NCBI GenBank assembly: GCA_004431415.1
Contig: QPMI01000687.1
Location: 26,745 to 90,744, forward strand
DNA: 64,000 nt
From: Cyanophora paradoxa CCMP329
Taxonomy: Eukaryota > Plantae > Glaucophyta
Direction: 5' to 3'
Shown here: one piece after another, positions 11,128 to 24,487 of the stretch
Position numbering within the stretch: the stretch's first letter is position 1
Layout: the number at the start of each line of letters is the position of its first letter
Translations under genes and position numbers: made by a program
The notes under the pieces: model-generated
The model's database searches: none
What the model was told of the DNA's origin: nothing
What the model saw: only the letters and a program-made list of their open reading frames with translations

Positions 11128-14100
11128 ATGGAGAACCTCACAAGCCTCCAGCCGCTCACCCTGGAGAGATGGCTCGACGTCGCGGTTGCCCTCGCGAGCA
11201 CGATCTATGAGGTACGCGAGCTGAGCCTGCGGTCTGAGGGACGCCAACTCCTCCCGCGTCAAAATGCATAACGCTCCTCACCCGCAGCACCACGAGCAAG
11301 GAAAGCTCTTTGGAGAACGCCTTCGACCTGCTAACATCAACGTACAATTCGGCAACGAGACAAGGGTCCGGATCTCAAACGCGCCAGCGAGCCGGGACGC
11401 TCTAGAGCTTCTCGACGGGTTCACGTACACAGCGCCAGTGCGCAGCGTCCGCGTGAGTGCTAATTGCTCAGCTGAAATTCACTCGACTTGCACAGGAGCT
11501 CACGGGGCGCTGGCACCAAAGCGAAGGTGCGCCCCTCGCTGCCGCGCAGGTCCCGACGCCCCAACGCTGTCGCGCAGGTCCCGACGCGCGAGCGGACGTG
11601 TACCTGCTGGGGGTGGGTCCGCCGGCCCCATGTGGGGCGATCTCTTGACGGGCGCGGCAGCTTATCCTGCACGAGGCGTTCACGGGGCGGCCATGCTTCG
11701 CTGCGGGGAGCGCTCTCGAGCTGATCCACGCGCATCTGGCGCGGCCGCCGAAGCCCGTCTCGCACGTTTCGCCGTCCCCCATACCCGAGGTCGTCGAGCG
11801 GATCGTCGACCGTTGCCTCGCCAAGATGCCCGGGAGCCGGTACCAGAGCGCGTTCGGCGTGCTGCACGACCTGCAGCGGTGCCGGGCGTCGCTGCGGGAG
11901 GCGGGCGCAGTGGCGAGCTTCGAGCTGGGGGAGCGGGACCGGAGCGGGCAGCTGGCGCTCCCCGACCTCCTCTACGGGCGCGCCGCGCCCCTCAACCGCG
12001 CCCTCGCCGCCGCCCGCGCCGTCGCCCAGAGCGGCCGCCCCGCCCTCTTCGCCCTCCGCGGCCTCCCGTGCGGCCCCGGAGCCCGCCCCCCGCGCCCCGC
12101 CGGGCTCACGGGCGGGGCAGGGGCGCGGGGAAGACGTTTCTTGTTCGCGAGGCGGCGCGGCGGGCGCTCGAGGAGGGCACCGCCGCCTTCTTCGTCTCGG
12201 GCAAGGCGGACCAGTTCAACCGGCTCCCCTTTTCTTGCTGGTCGCGGGCGCTGCAGGACCTCGTGCGGCAGCTGCTCGCCACGCGGGAGGAGGGCGTGGC
12301 GGCGTGGCGCGCCGCGCTGCTGGCGGCGCTACAGGGCAAGGCGCGCCTCCTCGTCGAGCTCGCCCCCGCGGCGAAGCTGCTGCTGGGCGCCGACCTGGCG
12401 CCGCTGCCGGAGGTGCCGGGCCCCGAGGCGCAGGCGCGCCTGCAGCTCGCCCTCGCCGAGCTCTTCCGCGCCGTCTGCGGCCGCCCGGGCGCGCCGCCCC
12501 CGAGCCGGCCGCCGACCCCGAGGCGAACCCGAGGAGGCGGAGGCGGAGGAGCTGGCGGAGGAGGGCGGGCCCCCGGAGCTCGTCCTCGCGCCCCGACGCC
12601 CCCGGGCGGGGAGCCGCAGGCCTCCCCCAGGCCGCCCTCGCCCCCGGCCCTCGCCCTGGAGGCGGCCGGAGGGGAGGCCCGCGGGGCGCCCGCGGGGCGG
12701 GGGCCCGTCATCGTGCTCCTTGACGACATGCGCGCCCGCCCGCCCGCCCTGTGCCGCCGTGCCTCGCGAGCGGCGGGGGCGCAGGCACTGGGCGGACCTC
12801 GAGACGGTGAAGCTGGTGGAGAGCCTCCTGGCGGCGCCGACGCCCGACCTCCCCATCCTCCTCTGCATGACCTACAGGGAGAGCGAGGTCGCCGAGCGGC
12901 ACCCGCTCGCCCAGTTCCTCGCGCGCGCGCGGGAGAGCTTCCCCGTGTACGAGGCCGAGGCCGCCCCGATGCGCCGAGAGGACTGCTGCTCCCTTCTCGC
13001 CGACGTCGTCCGCTCCCGCCCGGCCGCGCCCCGGCGCACGGCCGGCGCCTCTGACGGGGCGGCAGCTGCGGTGGGAGGGCGGGCCGGAGGAGCCCCGGCT
13101 GGGCGCTCTGGCGGGGGCCATTTTGCGCAAGACCCTCGGCAACCCGCTCCACGTGGTGCGCCCCGCCGGGGGCCCCTCGCCGGGCGGGGGAATCCCGTTC
13201 GACGCGGCGCGGCGCAGCTCGCGTTCCTGCGGCACCTGCACGCGCGGCGCATCCTGCGCTTCTCGCACCCCGAGGGGGCGTGGCGGTGGAGCCAGGGGGA
13301 GGTGGAGGGTGCGGAGGAGGGGGCGAGCCTGGGGGAGATGGTGGAGACGTCGATCGGGCTGCTGCCGGCGGCGACGCAGCACGCCCTCAAGGTCGCCTCC
13401 TGCTGCGGCGCCACCTTCTCGGTCCCTCTCCTCGCCGCCATCCTCGGTGCCCCCGCCCCGCCCCCACCCCCCACCTCCCTTGCCCTCATGCCCGGCCCTT
13501 GCTCCCGCCAGGGTGCTCGGAGGAGGAGATCGTGCCGCTGCTGCGGCCAGCGCTCGCCGCCGGCCTCCTCCTCATCGGCGAACCGCAGACCCTCCGCGCC
13601 GCGTCGCCACTCCCCGCGCCGCGCGGTGCCCCCGCCGACGCCGCCCCGCCCCGCTTCCTGCGCCGAGCGCGCCGCAGGGATGTCGCTCTCGCCGGCGCGG
13701 GCGCTGGGGGACCGGCGGCGGAGCGCGCCGGCGGTGGCGCAGGAGATCGCGTCGGCGGCGCTCCAAGTGCACGCCTCGCACTCCTTCCCCGTCCTGTGCG
13801 AGGCGCCGGAGGCGGGGGCGGCGGGCGGGGCGGCGGGGGCGAGGAGGCGTGGGCGGGGCGGCGGGGCGCTGAAGGTCTCGTTCACGCACGACCGGGTGCA
13901 GCAGGCGGCGCACGAGGCGCTCTCCGACTCGGAGCGCGCCTCGGCCTGCTTCCGCGCGGGCTCGCCCTCGCCGCCGCCCCGCCGCTCCCCGGGCGCCCCC
14001 GCGCCTCCCTCTTCGAGCTCGCGAACCTCGTCAACCAGGGCCTCGCCGCCGGCGCCGCCGCCGCCGAGCGCCCGCCCCTCCTCGAGGCCGCCCGCCTCAA

Positions 14101-17100
14101 CGCCGCCGCCGCCCGCCGCTCCTACGAGATGGCCCGCCGCCCCCTCCCGCCCTGCCCCCCCCCTCACGCGCCGCGCGCAGTGCTCGTACCGGCGCGGGGC
14201 GCACTACGCGCGGGACGGCTGCGCTTCCTGGACGCGGCGCCGCGGCGGCGGGCGGGAGGTGCCGCGGGCGCCGCAGCGGTGGGGCTGGGACGGGCGCTGG
14301 TGGGCGGGGAGGGGCGGCGGGCGGAGGAGGGCGGGGAGCTCGCCTTCGAGCTCCGCGTCCTCCTCGCCGAGTGCGAGTGCCTCTCGGGCGCGTCGAGGCC
14401 GCCGAGGCCGCCTTCGCCGAGGCCGCCCGCGCCGCCGCCGGCGACCAGCAGCGCCTCCGCCGTCCGCGCCCCGCCCCGCTCCCCCGCCCGCCCTCACCCG
14501 CCCCGCCAGTCTACCGGCTGCGCATCGCGCTGGCGGGGGCGGCGGGGACTACGGGGGCGCGCTCGAGGCGGGGCTCGAGTGCGGGCGGGAGCTCTTCGGG
14601 CTGACCCTCCCCGCCGAGCCGACGATGGCGGACCTGGAGGCGGAGTTCGAGGCGCTCCTCGCCGCCCTCCGCCCCTCGGAGCCGCGCCCCGGGCCCGGCG
14701 CGGCCGCCGACTGGGGCGACCTGCTCGCCGCCCTCCCGGAGGCCGTCGCCCGCCTCCCCGAGTGCACCGACCGCCGCACCCTCGACCTCATGCAGGCGCC
14801 CCGCCCCCCGCCCCGCCCGCCCCGCCCCGCCCCGCCCCCAACGCCCGCCCGGCGCAGGTGTGCGGCGAGTGCGTGGTGGCCGCCTCGCTCCACCCGACGG
14901 CGTGTCCCCTCGTGGGGATCCTCCCGGCGCGCGCCGTCCGCCTCTCCCTCGAGGCGGGGCGCGCGCCCCAGACGGGCTTCATGGCGGGGGCGCTTGCACA
15001 TGCCGCCTCGGCCTCAACAGCCTCCTCCCCTTCGTCGCGCCCCTCGCCCAGGCCCGCCCTGCCGCCCCCGCGCCCCCTGCCGCGCGTCGTCACGGGGCGG
15101 GGCCGGCGGCAGGTGTGCGTGCGGTTCGGGGGCGAGGGGCGGCACGCGCGGGTGCGGGCGAAGGCGCTGGTGGCGGCGGCGACGTGCTGCATCTGGGGCG
15201 ACTCGTTCCGCGCCTCCATGCACTACGCGGAGCAGTGCGCCCTCGCGCGGCAGCTCCCTCCTCTCCGCCGCCGGCGACGGGGCGCAGGTGCTTCGGGCTG
15301 GCGCGGGAGCTGGGGGACCTGGTGGACGCGAGCGCGGCGGCCTCGGCGTGGGAGGCGGCCGCCCTCGGCGCCTGCGAGCGCCTCCCCGCCCTCGAGCGCC
15401 GCCTCCTCGAGCACCGCCGCTTCTTCGGCCCGCCGCCCCCGCTCCCCCGCCCCGAGTCTGCCCCCTCCCCGCCCTGACGCCGGCCCTGCAGCCGAGCACC
15501 GCAACGGGTCTGCGGGGCGCTCGCGGGGCCCACATCGCCCTCGTCCGGGGCCTCCTGGTGCGGCCCCCGCCGCCTCGGCGCGTGCGCCCGTGAGGCGCGG
15601 CGCAGGGCAAGCCGGAGCTCGAGGGGCGGGCCCCTTCGTGCAGGGCCCGTCCCCGGCCTCCGCCCGGCGCCCGCCCTCGCCGCACGCCTCCCCCGAGCTC
15701 GCGCCGGCGATGGGCGAGAGCTCGCCGCGGCCATCGCCGCGGCCGGCGTCAGGCCCGCTCGGCCCGGCGGCGTTCAGCATGTCGCGGGTGCAGGCGGAGA
15801 CGGCCGCCCTGCCGGCGTGGGCCCGCTGGCGCTACAGAACGCTGGTCGCGCTCCGCCTCCTCTTTTTCGGCGACACAGCCAACGCGTGGCGGGTGCTGGG
15901 CGAGTACGAGTGGGGCGGGGCCCTGGAGCAGCCGCTGCGGGCCGCCTTCTCGTGCCACCAGGTCCGCAGCGTTTCTCAAAGCCATCGCATTGTCGGCGAC
16001 GAACTGACCACGTTCCCTTGAAGGATCTCGTCCTCGCTCTTGGCCTCCTCCTCGGCCGCGTGCGCCCTGCCCGCCCCGCCCCGCCCCTCGCCGCCAGCGC
16101 TGCTCAGCGTCCGGCCCCTCGCAGCTGCTCTCGCCGGGGCACCCGCCGGCTGCCTCGGGGGGCGTCACCCCGGCCTCCCTCCCCTCGTCGCCCTCCGTGG
16201 CGGCCCTTTCCTCGCCGGGAGGCGCCGCGGGGCGGGGGAGCGGGGAGACGGTGCCGGCGGTGCCGGAGGCGGGGCGGCTGCTGGCGCGGCTGGAGGGCGT
16301 GTGCGCGCAGGCGCGGGTCTACGCGGAGGCGGCGCCCCAGAACTACCTGCCCGCAGCCTCCTCCTCGACGCCGAGCTCGCCCGCGCCCGCGGCGAGAGCG
16401 CCGCCGCGGCGCGCCTCTACGACGCCGCCGCCGACGCCGCCGAGGCCGCCCGCTTCCACTCCCTCGCCGGCCTCGCGGGGGAGCGCGCCGCGAGCCTCCT
16501 CCTCGACATGGGCGCCCGCCGCGGCGTCGAGGGCTACCTGCGGGCGGCGGCGCGCGCGTACGCGCTGTGGGCGCGGCGGAGAAGGTGCGGGCGCTGGGCT
16601 GCTGGCGCCCCCGGGACGCCCCCGCTGGCGGCGAGCGACGCCAAGACGACGCCCCTCGCCTCCCGCGCCCCCGTCTCGCCCTCCCTCGAGAGCCCCCGAT
16701 CGGGGCTCGCCCCCCGTGCGCGCCGCCCTTGCCTTGCAGCGCGCCCGCGGCTGCGGCGGGGCGTGACGGCGCGGCAGGCCGCTGAAGGCCGTCTCGTCGC
16801 TGACGAACGTGGCGGGGGCCGCCGGGGCGCGCGCCGCCAGCGCCGGCCTCAAGACCGTCGCCTCCGCGGGGGACGTCCACGCGCAGGAGCTCCTCCACCG
16901 GCCCCGCCCCGCCCTCGGCCCCGCCCCGAGCCCCCGCGCCGCCACCCTCCTCCGCTTCGCCGACTCCGCCGCCGAGCGCAGAACGGGTGACATCTCTCCA
17001 CCCGAACCTTCATTTGCTTTGCTTTGCTTTGCGTGCTCGCTGAACCACTCGCCTCACAGCGCTCCTCCGCTCCGCTGCCGCCGCCTCCGGGGGGCCAGCG

Positions 17101-20100
17101 CCGGCGCCAGGCGAGGAGGGCGGAGAGGGCGTAGCGGCGCCGGCGCGGATGCCGCGGAACCGGAGCGGGGCGAGCTCGCACGGGACCGGCTGCGGGGAGG
17201 AGCAGAGCTTCGACTGGGAGACGCTGGTGGCGGCCTCGCAGCTCCTCTCGCGCGAGATCGTCCTCTCGACCCTCCTCCAGCGCCTCATGACCGTCGCCAT
17301 GGAGGCCCGGCCCCCGCGCCCCGCCCCGCCCCGCGCCCCCGCCCTCACCCCCGCCCCGCGCAGATCGCCGGCGCGCAGCGCGGCTTCCTCATCCTGGAGC
17401 AGGAGGACGGGTCGGGGGCGGGGGCGGGGGCCGGGGCGGGGCGGGAGGGGGCGCCGGGGGCGGCCTCTTCGTCGGAGCTGCCGGCGCCGGAGCGGCCCGG
17501 CGCCTACAGCGTCGAGGCCGCCGCCGAGGTCGCCGGCCCTGACGAGGGCCCCGCCCGTGCGGCCCCGCCCCCTGCCCCCGCCCGCCCTCACGCCCCGCGC
17601 CAGGCCGCGCTCGCGCTCCGCCTCGACGGGTGGCCGCGTCGAGGGCGGGCGGGCGGGCCGGGGAGGAGGCCGAGGCGGGGCCGGGGCCGGGGCGGAGGCA
17701 GAGCGAGGAGGCGGGCGGGGAGCGGGCGCTGCAGGTGACGGTGATGCAGGGCCTGCCGCTCGCCGAGTGCGGCGACCTCCTCTGCCTCCGCGCCGTCGAG
17801 TCCGCCCTCGCCACCGAGGGCCCGCCCCGCCCCCGCGCCCCCGCCCCGCCCCCGCGCCCCGCTGAGGCCCCCCCGCGCGCAGAGATCGTGCTGGTGCAGG
17901 ACGTCGGGGGCCGCGAGGAGGGGGCGCAGCTCTCGTTCGAGAGCGACCCGTACGTCGCGGGGGCCGGCGTCAAGTCGCTGCTCGCGCTCCCCGTGCTCCA
18001 CCAGGGGCGCCCCGTCGGCTGCCTCTACCTCGAGAACCGCCTCCTCCGCGGCGCCTTCTCCCCCTCCTCCATCGAGACCCTCGGCATCCTCTCCTCCCAG
18101 CTCGCCATCTCCGTCCGCCCCGCCCCGCCCTGCGCACCGCCCCGCGCCGTGCCGCGAGGCGACGGGGGCACAGATCGTGAACGCGCGGCTGTACGAGTCG
18201 CTGCGGGCGCACTACACGAGCCTGCAGCAGCGGGCGCGGGAGAACGCGGCGGTGCTTGAGGCCTCCCACGACGCCATCCTCGTCCTCGACGACCGCGCAC
18301 ACATCCTCTCCGCTAACCCGTCAGCCCCCGCCCCCCCGCCCCGCACCGCCCCGCCCCACGCGGCGGCGAGCGGCGGGGGGCGGGCAGGGCGGCGGAGAAG
18401 CTGTGGCGGCGGGCGCGGCGGGAGCTGCTCGGCCTGCGCCTCGACGACCTCCTCGTGGTCGCGCGCCCGGCCGAGCCCGACCCCGCGGCCCCGGGGGGCC
18501 GCCCGGCGGCGAGCCGCCCCTCTCCGCCCTGCTCATGCAGGAGGCGCTCGGGGCGTCGCCCGGGGGCCGGCCCCTGTGGGCGGGCTTCGCGCTGGGCGAG
18601 GGCGGCGCGCACATCGAGGTGGAGCTCTGCGTGGCGGTCTTCGAGGGGGGCGCGGGGCGCCGCCACGGGGCCCTCACCGCCGCCTCCAGCTCCGCCTCCC
18701 TCCTCGAGGCCCGCGCCGCGTCCGCCGGCCACGAGCCCGCCCCCGCCCACCGCCTCGCCACCTGCCCCGAGGAGCCCTTCCTGCTGCCCCCGGCCTCCGC
18801 CCCGCCCACCACCGCCCGCCCGCCCCTCTCCCGCGCCGCCTCCCAGCGCCGCTTCTCGCCCCTCGTGGGGCCCCTCGCGAGCCCTTTCTTCAACGGGGCG
18901 GCGCCGGTGCCGGGGCCGCCGGCGGGGGGCCCGAAGCGGTTCGCGGCGTTCGTGCGGGACGTGAGCGAGCGGGCGAAGGCGGAGGAGCAGCTGCGGCGCG
19001 TGCAGAAGCGCTGGTTCGCCATGCTCACCCACGACCTCCGCACCCCGCTCAACGGCCCGCCTGTCCCGCCCCGCCCCGGCCCCCGCGCCCCGCCCCGCTG
19101 ACGCAGCGCGCAGGCATCATGGGTCCGCGGCCGCGAGCCCCGCCACGCCTCCGCCCTCTCCTCCCGCGCGGCGCTGAAAGGAGCGCAGGGATGCAGCAGC
19201 TGCTGTCGGAGACGAAGCTCACGGGGGAGCAGCGGCACTACCTGGAGAACATCGGGTCGGCGTCGGAGATCCTGCTCTCGCTGATGAGCGACATCCTGGA
19301 GTACAGCAAGCTGGAGGAGCAGCCGGCCCTCGCCGTCGACCACCTCCCCTTCGACATCGTCGACTCCCTCGAGGAGACCGGTCCGCCCCGCGCCCCGGCC
19401 CGGCCCCGCCCCCGCCGGCGCGGGCCGAGGGGGCGGGGCAGTGTCGATGGTGGCGGTGGCGGCGCGGAACAAGGCGATCGAGCTGGCGCTGTACGTGCCG
19501 GCGGGGCTCCCGCGCCGCGTCCTCGGCGACTCCCTCCGCCTCCGCCGCCTCGTGATGAACTACCTCTCCAACGCCCTCAGTCCGCCCGCCTCGCGCAGCG
19601 CAGGCGCAGCCCGCCTCGGCTGAGCCCCCCGCAGAGTTCACGCCCCAGGGCGGCCGCGTCGAGCTCCGCGTCGAGCTCGAGCCGGCCCCGGCCCCCTCGT
19701 CCCCGCCCCGCCCCGCCCCCCTCAACGCCGCGCCCCTCAACGCGGGGCCCCTCAACGCCCCGCCCCTCAACGCCGCGCCCCTCAACGCGGGGCCGGGGGC
19801 GGGGCCGGGGCCGGCGGCGTCGTCGCCGGCGCTGTGCGGGGCGGGGCCGAGCTCGCTGGGCTCCCTCGCGAGCCCGCGCACGCCGGCGTCCGCCCCCTCC
19901 GCCCCGCCCCTCCTCGCCTGCCTCTCCGCCCCCGCCGCCCCGCGCCGCCCCCCTCCGCCCCCTCCCTCGCCCCGCCCCCCGCCGACCCCGACGAGGCGTT
20001 GCGGTACCGTATTTCGGTCACTGATTCCGGGTGCGCCTGCGAGGACTAGGGCATCACGTATGCCCTAACGATGCCTGCGCGCTCAAATGACAGGATCGGG

Positions 20101-22309
20101 ATCTCGAAGGCGCACCAGGCGTTGCTCTTCCAGCCCTACTCGCAGGTCCCAAAGAACCGCTCGACGCGCATGTTCGAGGGGACGGGCCTCGGCCTCGCCA
20201 TCAGTCGGCGCCTCGCCGAAGCCATGGGCGGCGCCACCGGCGTCCTCTCCGAGGAGGGCAAGGGCAGGTCCGCCCCGCCGCGCGCCCCCAGCCCAGCCCC
20301 CGCCGCCGCGTTCGAAGGGGGCCGGCGGGGCGGGCAGCACGTTCTGGTGCACGGTGACGCTGCGGCGGGACCGGACGTGGGGCCCGGGCCCGAGCCCGCT
20401 GGCGGCGCCGGCGCGGGCGGCCTCGGTCTCGTCGACGACGCCGCTGCCGACGGTCACCGACGTCGACTCCGACGCCGAGGCCGGCGCCGAGGCCGGCCCC
20501 GACGCCCCGGCCCCTCCCGCCCTCCGCCTCGCCCACCTCGGAGCCCTGCGTCCCCCGCACGCCGCCCCGCCCCGCCCCGCGCTCCGCCCCCGTGCGGGCC
20601 CCCCTCGAGGTCTCGGCCTCCGCCCCGCCGGGGCGCCTCGCGGCGACCCTCGCGCACGCCGCCTCCCTCCGCTCCCCGCCGGCCTCGCCCGGCCCAGCGC
20701 ACCACCGGCCCCGCTCGGTGGCCACCCTGCAGCGCCTCGACCGCTCGGGCTCGGGGGAGGGCGCCGGGGGCGCGCACCTCGGGCTGGCCTCGTCGCTCTC
20801 GCTGCCGCCGGGCTCGTTCGGGCAGAAGCTGCAACTGGAGTGGCCGGACCTCACGGGCGTCCACTGCATCCTCCTCCTGAGGGAGGCGGGGGCGGCGAGG
20901 GCGCTGGAGTACTACCTGGTGCAGTGGGGCGCGACGGTGGAGCAGTGCGGGGACGCGCGCGGGCTCTTCGCCGCCGCGCACCCCGCCTCCCTGCGTGACC
21001 TCGGCCAGCTCCGCGAGGCCGTGCCCGGCACCCCGCCCCGCCCCGCCGGCAGCCCCGGCTCGCCCCTCTTCGGGCCCTTCAGTCCGGCCCGCGGCGGCCC
21101 GACGCCGCCCTCGTCGCCGCCGTCGCTGCGGCTGCCGACGGGGACGGCGGGGCGGGGGAGCCTGGGGAGCCTGGCGCAGTTCGGGGGCCCCGGGGCGGAG
21201 GCGGCGGGGCTGCTGGCGGGGAAGCCGCTGGTGGTGGCGGAGCTGGCGGTGCTCGCCGAGGTCGACGCCTGGCTCCTCTCCGCGGGGGCCGCCCCCGCCG
21301 ACCTCGCCGCCCACTTCCGCGTCCTCGCCCTCCTCCCCGTCGACACCGCCCTCCCCGCCTGTCCGCCCCCCGCCCCGGGCCGCCCCCGCCGCGCGCCCCT
21401 GACGCTGGCGCAGCGCTCTCGTGCTTCCGGATGCTGGAGACGCTGTCGCTGCCGGTGCGGCCGACGCTGCTGGCGCGGGCGATCTACAACACGATCCGCC
21501 TCTCGCTGGGCGAGGGCCGCCTCCCCCGCACCTACGCCGCCTGCGAGACCCCCGCCCTCGGGCCCGCCTCCCCCGCCCCCCCCGAGCCGGGCCCCCTCGA
21601 CGGCGGCCCCGCGCCCCCGACCCCGCACCCCGGCGCGGGGAGCGGGGAGGCGCCCTCGGCGACGGCGCGGCGGGGCCTCATCCTGCTCGTGGACGACATC
21701 AAGGCGAACCTGCTCGTCGCGAAGAAGATGCTCGAGCTCTCCGGCCACGCCGTCGAGACCGCCGAGAACGGGCAGCAGTGCATCGACCTCTACGCCGCCG
21801 ACCCCGACAAGTGGGACTGCATCGTCCTCGACGTCGAGATGGTGCGGGGGGCGCGCAGCCTTGCCGCCCCCTCTGACGTGGCGGCAGCCGGTGTGCGACG
21901 GGCGGGAGGCGTGCCAGCGCATCCGGGCAATGGAGCGGGAGGAGGCGGGGCGGGCGGCGGAGGGGGAGGCGGGGGCGGCGGCGCGGCGCGTGCCCATCGT
22001 TTTCATGACGGCGAACGCGCTCCAGGAGGACCGCCAGGAGGCCCTCACCCTCGGCGCCGACGAGTTCCTCGTGCGCCCCGCCCCGCCCCGCCCCGCCCCG
22101 CCCCGCCCCTCACCCGGCCCCCGCAGACGAAGCCTATCCGGCGACCCGTCCTCATCGAGGTCGCCCCCCTGCCCCTCTGCCTTTCCCCTTCCCCTGCTTC
22201 TCGCGCGCCGCCCCTCCAAATTAACCGCTGCCTTCCCTGCACACAGGTTGTCAACCGCTTCCTCTCCCAGCGACACTCCAGCGTCCCTGCATGCCCAAGC
22301 ACCCTCTAG
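11128..22309 (+). CDS. Hybrid sensor kinase: degenerate Ser/Thr-kinase C-lobe, P-loop NTPase, GAF, PAS, HisKA, HATPase and receiver domains (HstK/Chk1-type architecture); start uncertain
   Basis: ELTGR..DARADVYLLG..ALELIHAHLARPP..RCLAKMPGSRYQSA; Walker A GLP|GAGKT; IVLLDDM|HWAD; FTHDRVQQAA; GAF motif KSLLALPVLHQGRPVGCLYLEN; H-box LTHDLRTPLNG; N-box GDSLRLRRLVMNYLSNALKFT; G-boxes VTDSG and GTGLGLAISRRL; receiver LLVDD..DCIVLDVEM|PVCDG..FMTANA..TKP. Confidence 0.88.
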
Positions 22310-22621
22310 CACCTGGCCAGGCCAGCTCGCCTATGCAGGTTGACCTTGCCAGGACAGCATTGCTTGTACAGGATCTGAGCTCGAGGTATACGCTAAGGAT
22401 CTTGCGCCCCTCGCATGCGTGATCGCATTATCTCGCCTAAACAGCAACCGGCTCATTTCCATCCAATTTCGGGAATTCCGGTCCGGCGTACAGCATTCAG
22501 CACCCGTTGTAGCCAGTAGCGGCCGCGGGACGTCGACCCGGCAACCGCAATGGCGCTCAATTCTAGGACGCCACTCAGGGCTGTCTTTGAGCCAGCCGCC
22601 GCAGAAGGGGTGAGCGGGCGA

Positions 22622-23759
22622 ATGGAAGGGCGCTCTGGCACTTGCAGGCCACGCGCAGGCTCCGTCGACGCAGGGGCTATGAATGCCTTGCTCGTCGACT
22701 CCACAGAAGCCCTGGAACGTCTGCAGACCAGCCCGTGCGTCGCTGTCGGTTAAGCGGCGCGGATCGCTGCAGCTCAGTCGAGAGCCTCGCAGGCGTGCGC
22801 ATCAGCAGAACGAGGCGAGCACGTCTTCCGCACCCCCGCACCCCCGGGAGCGCAGGCGCAGGTGCCGCGGTACTACACGTCAGCTCCTTCAGTCGCTGAC
22901 ACGACGGATCGGCAGCGGCCGGTCGAACTTTGCGACGGTCAGATGGAAGGGCTCGCGGCCCGGGCAGCTCCCCCCTGTCTTCAGCCGGTACCTCAACGTG
23001 CTTGAGACGTGCAGCGATGCCACGCTTCGGCGGAAGTGCCGGGCGCCGCGGGGGGCGGACCTGTGCGAGTGGCTCACCACCAACCTGAGGGAGTTCTTCC
23101 AGATCCTCAACCTCCTGTGCGCTGCGCCCTCGGGGGCCGCCGGCGGGGCTGAGGGCCGGGGCGCGGGCAGGTGGAGCATCTCGTGCGAGGAGGAGTGCAC
23201 GGCGGAGTCGTGCCCGCGGATGACGGCGGGGGAGGCGTGCGAGTACCTGTGGCAGGACGTGAGCAGCGCGGAGTTCGCGGAGCCGCGGCGGGTGCCGGCG
23301 CGCGAGTACGTGGAGCGCCTTTTCACCTGGGTCGAGCTGCAGCTCGAGGACGAGTCCCTCTTCCCCGAGCCCGGCAGCCTCGGCCAGCGCATCTCCCCCA
23401 GCTTCCTCCCCGCCCTCAAGACCATCTTCCGCCGCCTCCTCCGAGGCCCGGCCCGGCCCCCCGCCCGCCCCGCGCCGCGGCGGCGCTGACGGGGGCGCAG
23501 TGTACGCGCACATCTACCGCTCGCACTTCCCCTTCCGCGAGATCCGCATGCTCAGCGGCGAGGAGCACTTCAACAGCTGCTTCCGGTGCCCGCCCGTGCC
23601 GGCGCCCCGCGGGGGCGGGCCAGGGCGGGGCGGGGCCGACGTGGGGGCGGCAGGCACTTCATCTACTTCTGCCGGGAGCACGACCTGGTGGACGCGCACG
23701 ACAGCGCCCCCATCAAGGACATCGTCGACCGCATCCTCGCCCTCAACTCCGCGCCCTAG
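22622..23759 (+). CDS. MOB kinase activator (Mob1/phocein family) protein
   Basis: APRGADLCEWLTTNLREFFQILNLL|WS...CTAESCPRMTAG..EYLW, PAREYVERLFTW..QLEDESLFP, KTIFRRLLR|VYAHIY..HF, HFNSCFR|HFIYFCREHDLV. Stop at 23757-23759; start approximate. Confidence 0.88.
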
Positions 23760-24487
23760 CCCCCCGCCCCGGCACCCCGCTCCCGCCCCCACCGCCCTTC
23801 TCTCCTCCCCGCCCGCCCTTTCCGACCGCTGCCTCCACCCCCGGCTCTAGTTTTGTAGCGGCTCGCCCCGCGAGGCTAGCGCGCGCGTTCACCCCGCCCT
23901 GAAGTTTTGGCACCAGCATGCGCAGCAAGTTCTGCAGCAGATCAGCGTTGTGCATTTTGGCAACTGTACATGTATAGGTTTTTGAATGCGGAATATGTTT
24001 ACAGCGCTTAATTTCCGGGGCCGCTCGCGATCGAGCTCATCAGCTATCAGCGGCTGTATGCATGTGTTCGTGCATATAATATTTAATTATATAGAGCCCC
24101 GCGGCCGCGCGCGTGCCAAGGTGCACTGTGCACGTGCCACCGTGGGCACGGTGCCACTGCGCATGCGGCGTGCAATTGGGCCCCGGCTCCGCCCCCGCGC
24201 CCGCGAACGGCAAGGTGCAGCTGCAAAGCACATGCGTTGGCGCCATCACCTCGACGACTGCTGCAGCAAGACAGGAACTCTCAGAGAGTAGAATTGAACA
24301 GCGAATGAAAAAAGACATGAGCGAAAGTCGAAGGTGCAGAAGCCTATACAAAACCAGCGGAAGCCGTCGCAACCCTGGCGGGGCACATCTTAAAGTACCA
24401 GCGTCCTAAAGCATCGGCCGCTGGGCATCCTGAAAGGAATGCACGCCGCATTGAAACTAAGGTTGAAAGGTGTCCGAGGGGGCCGAG

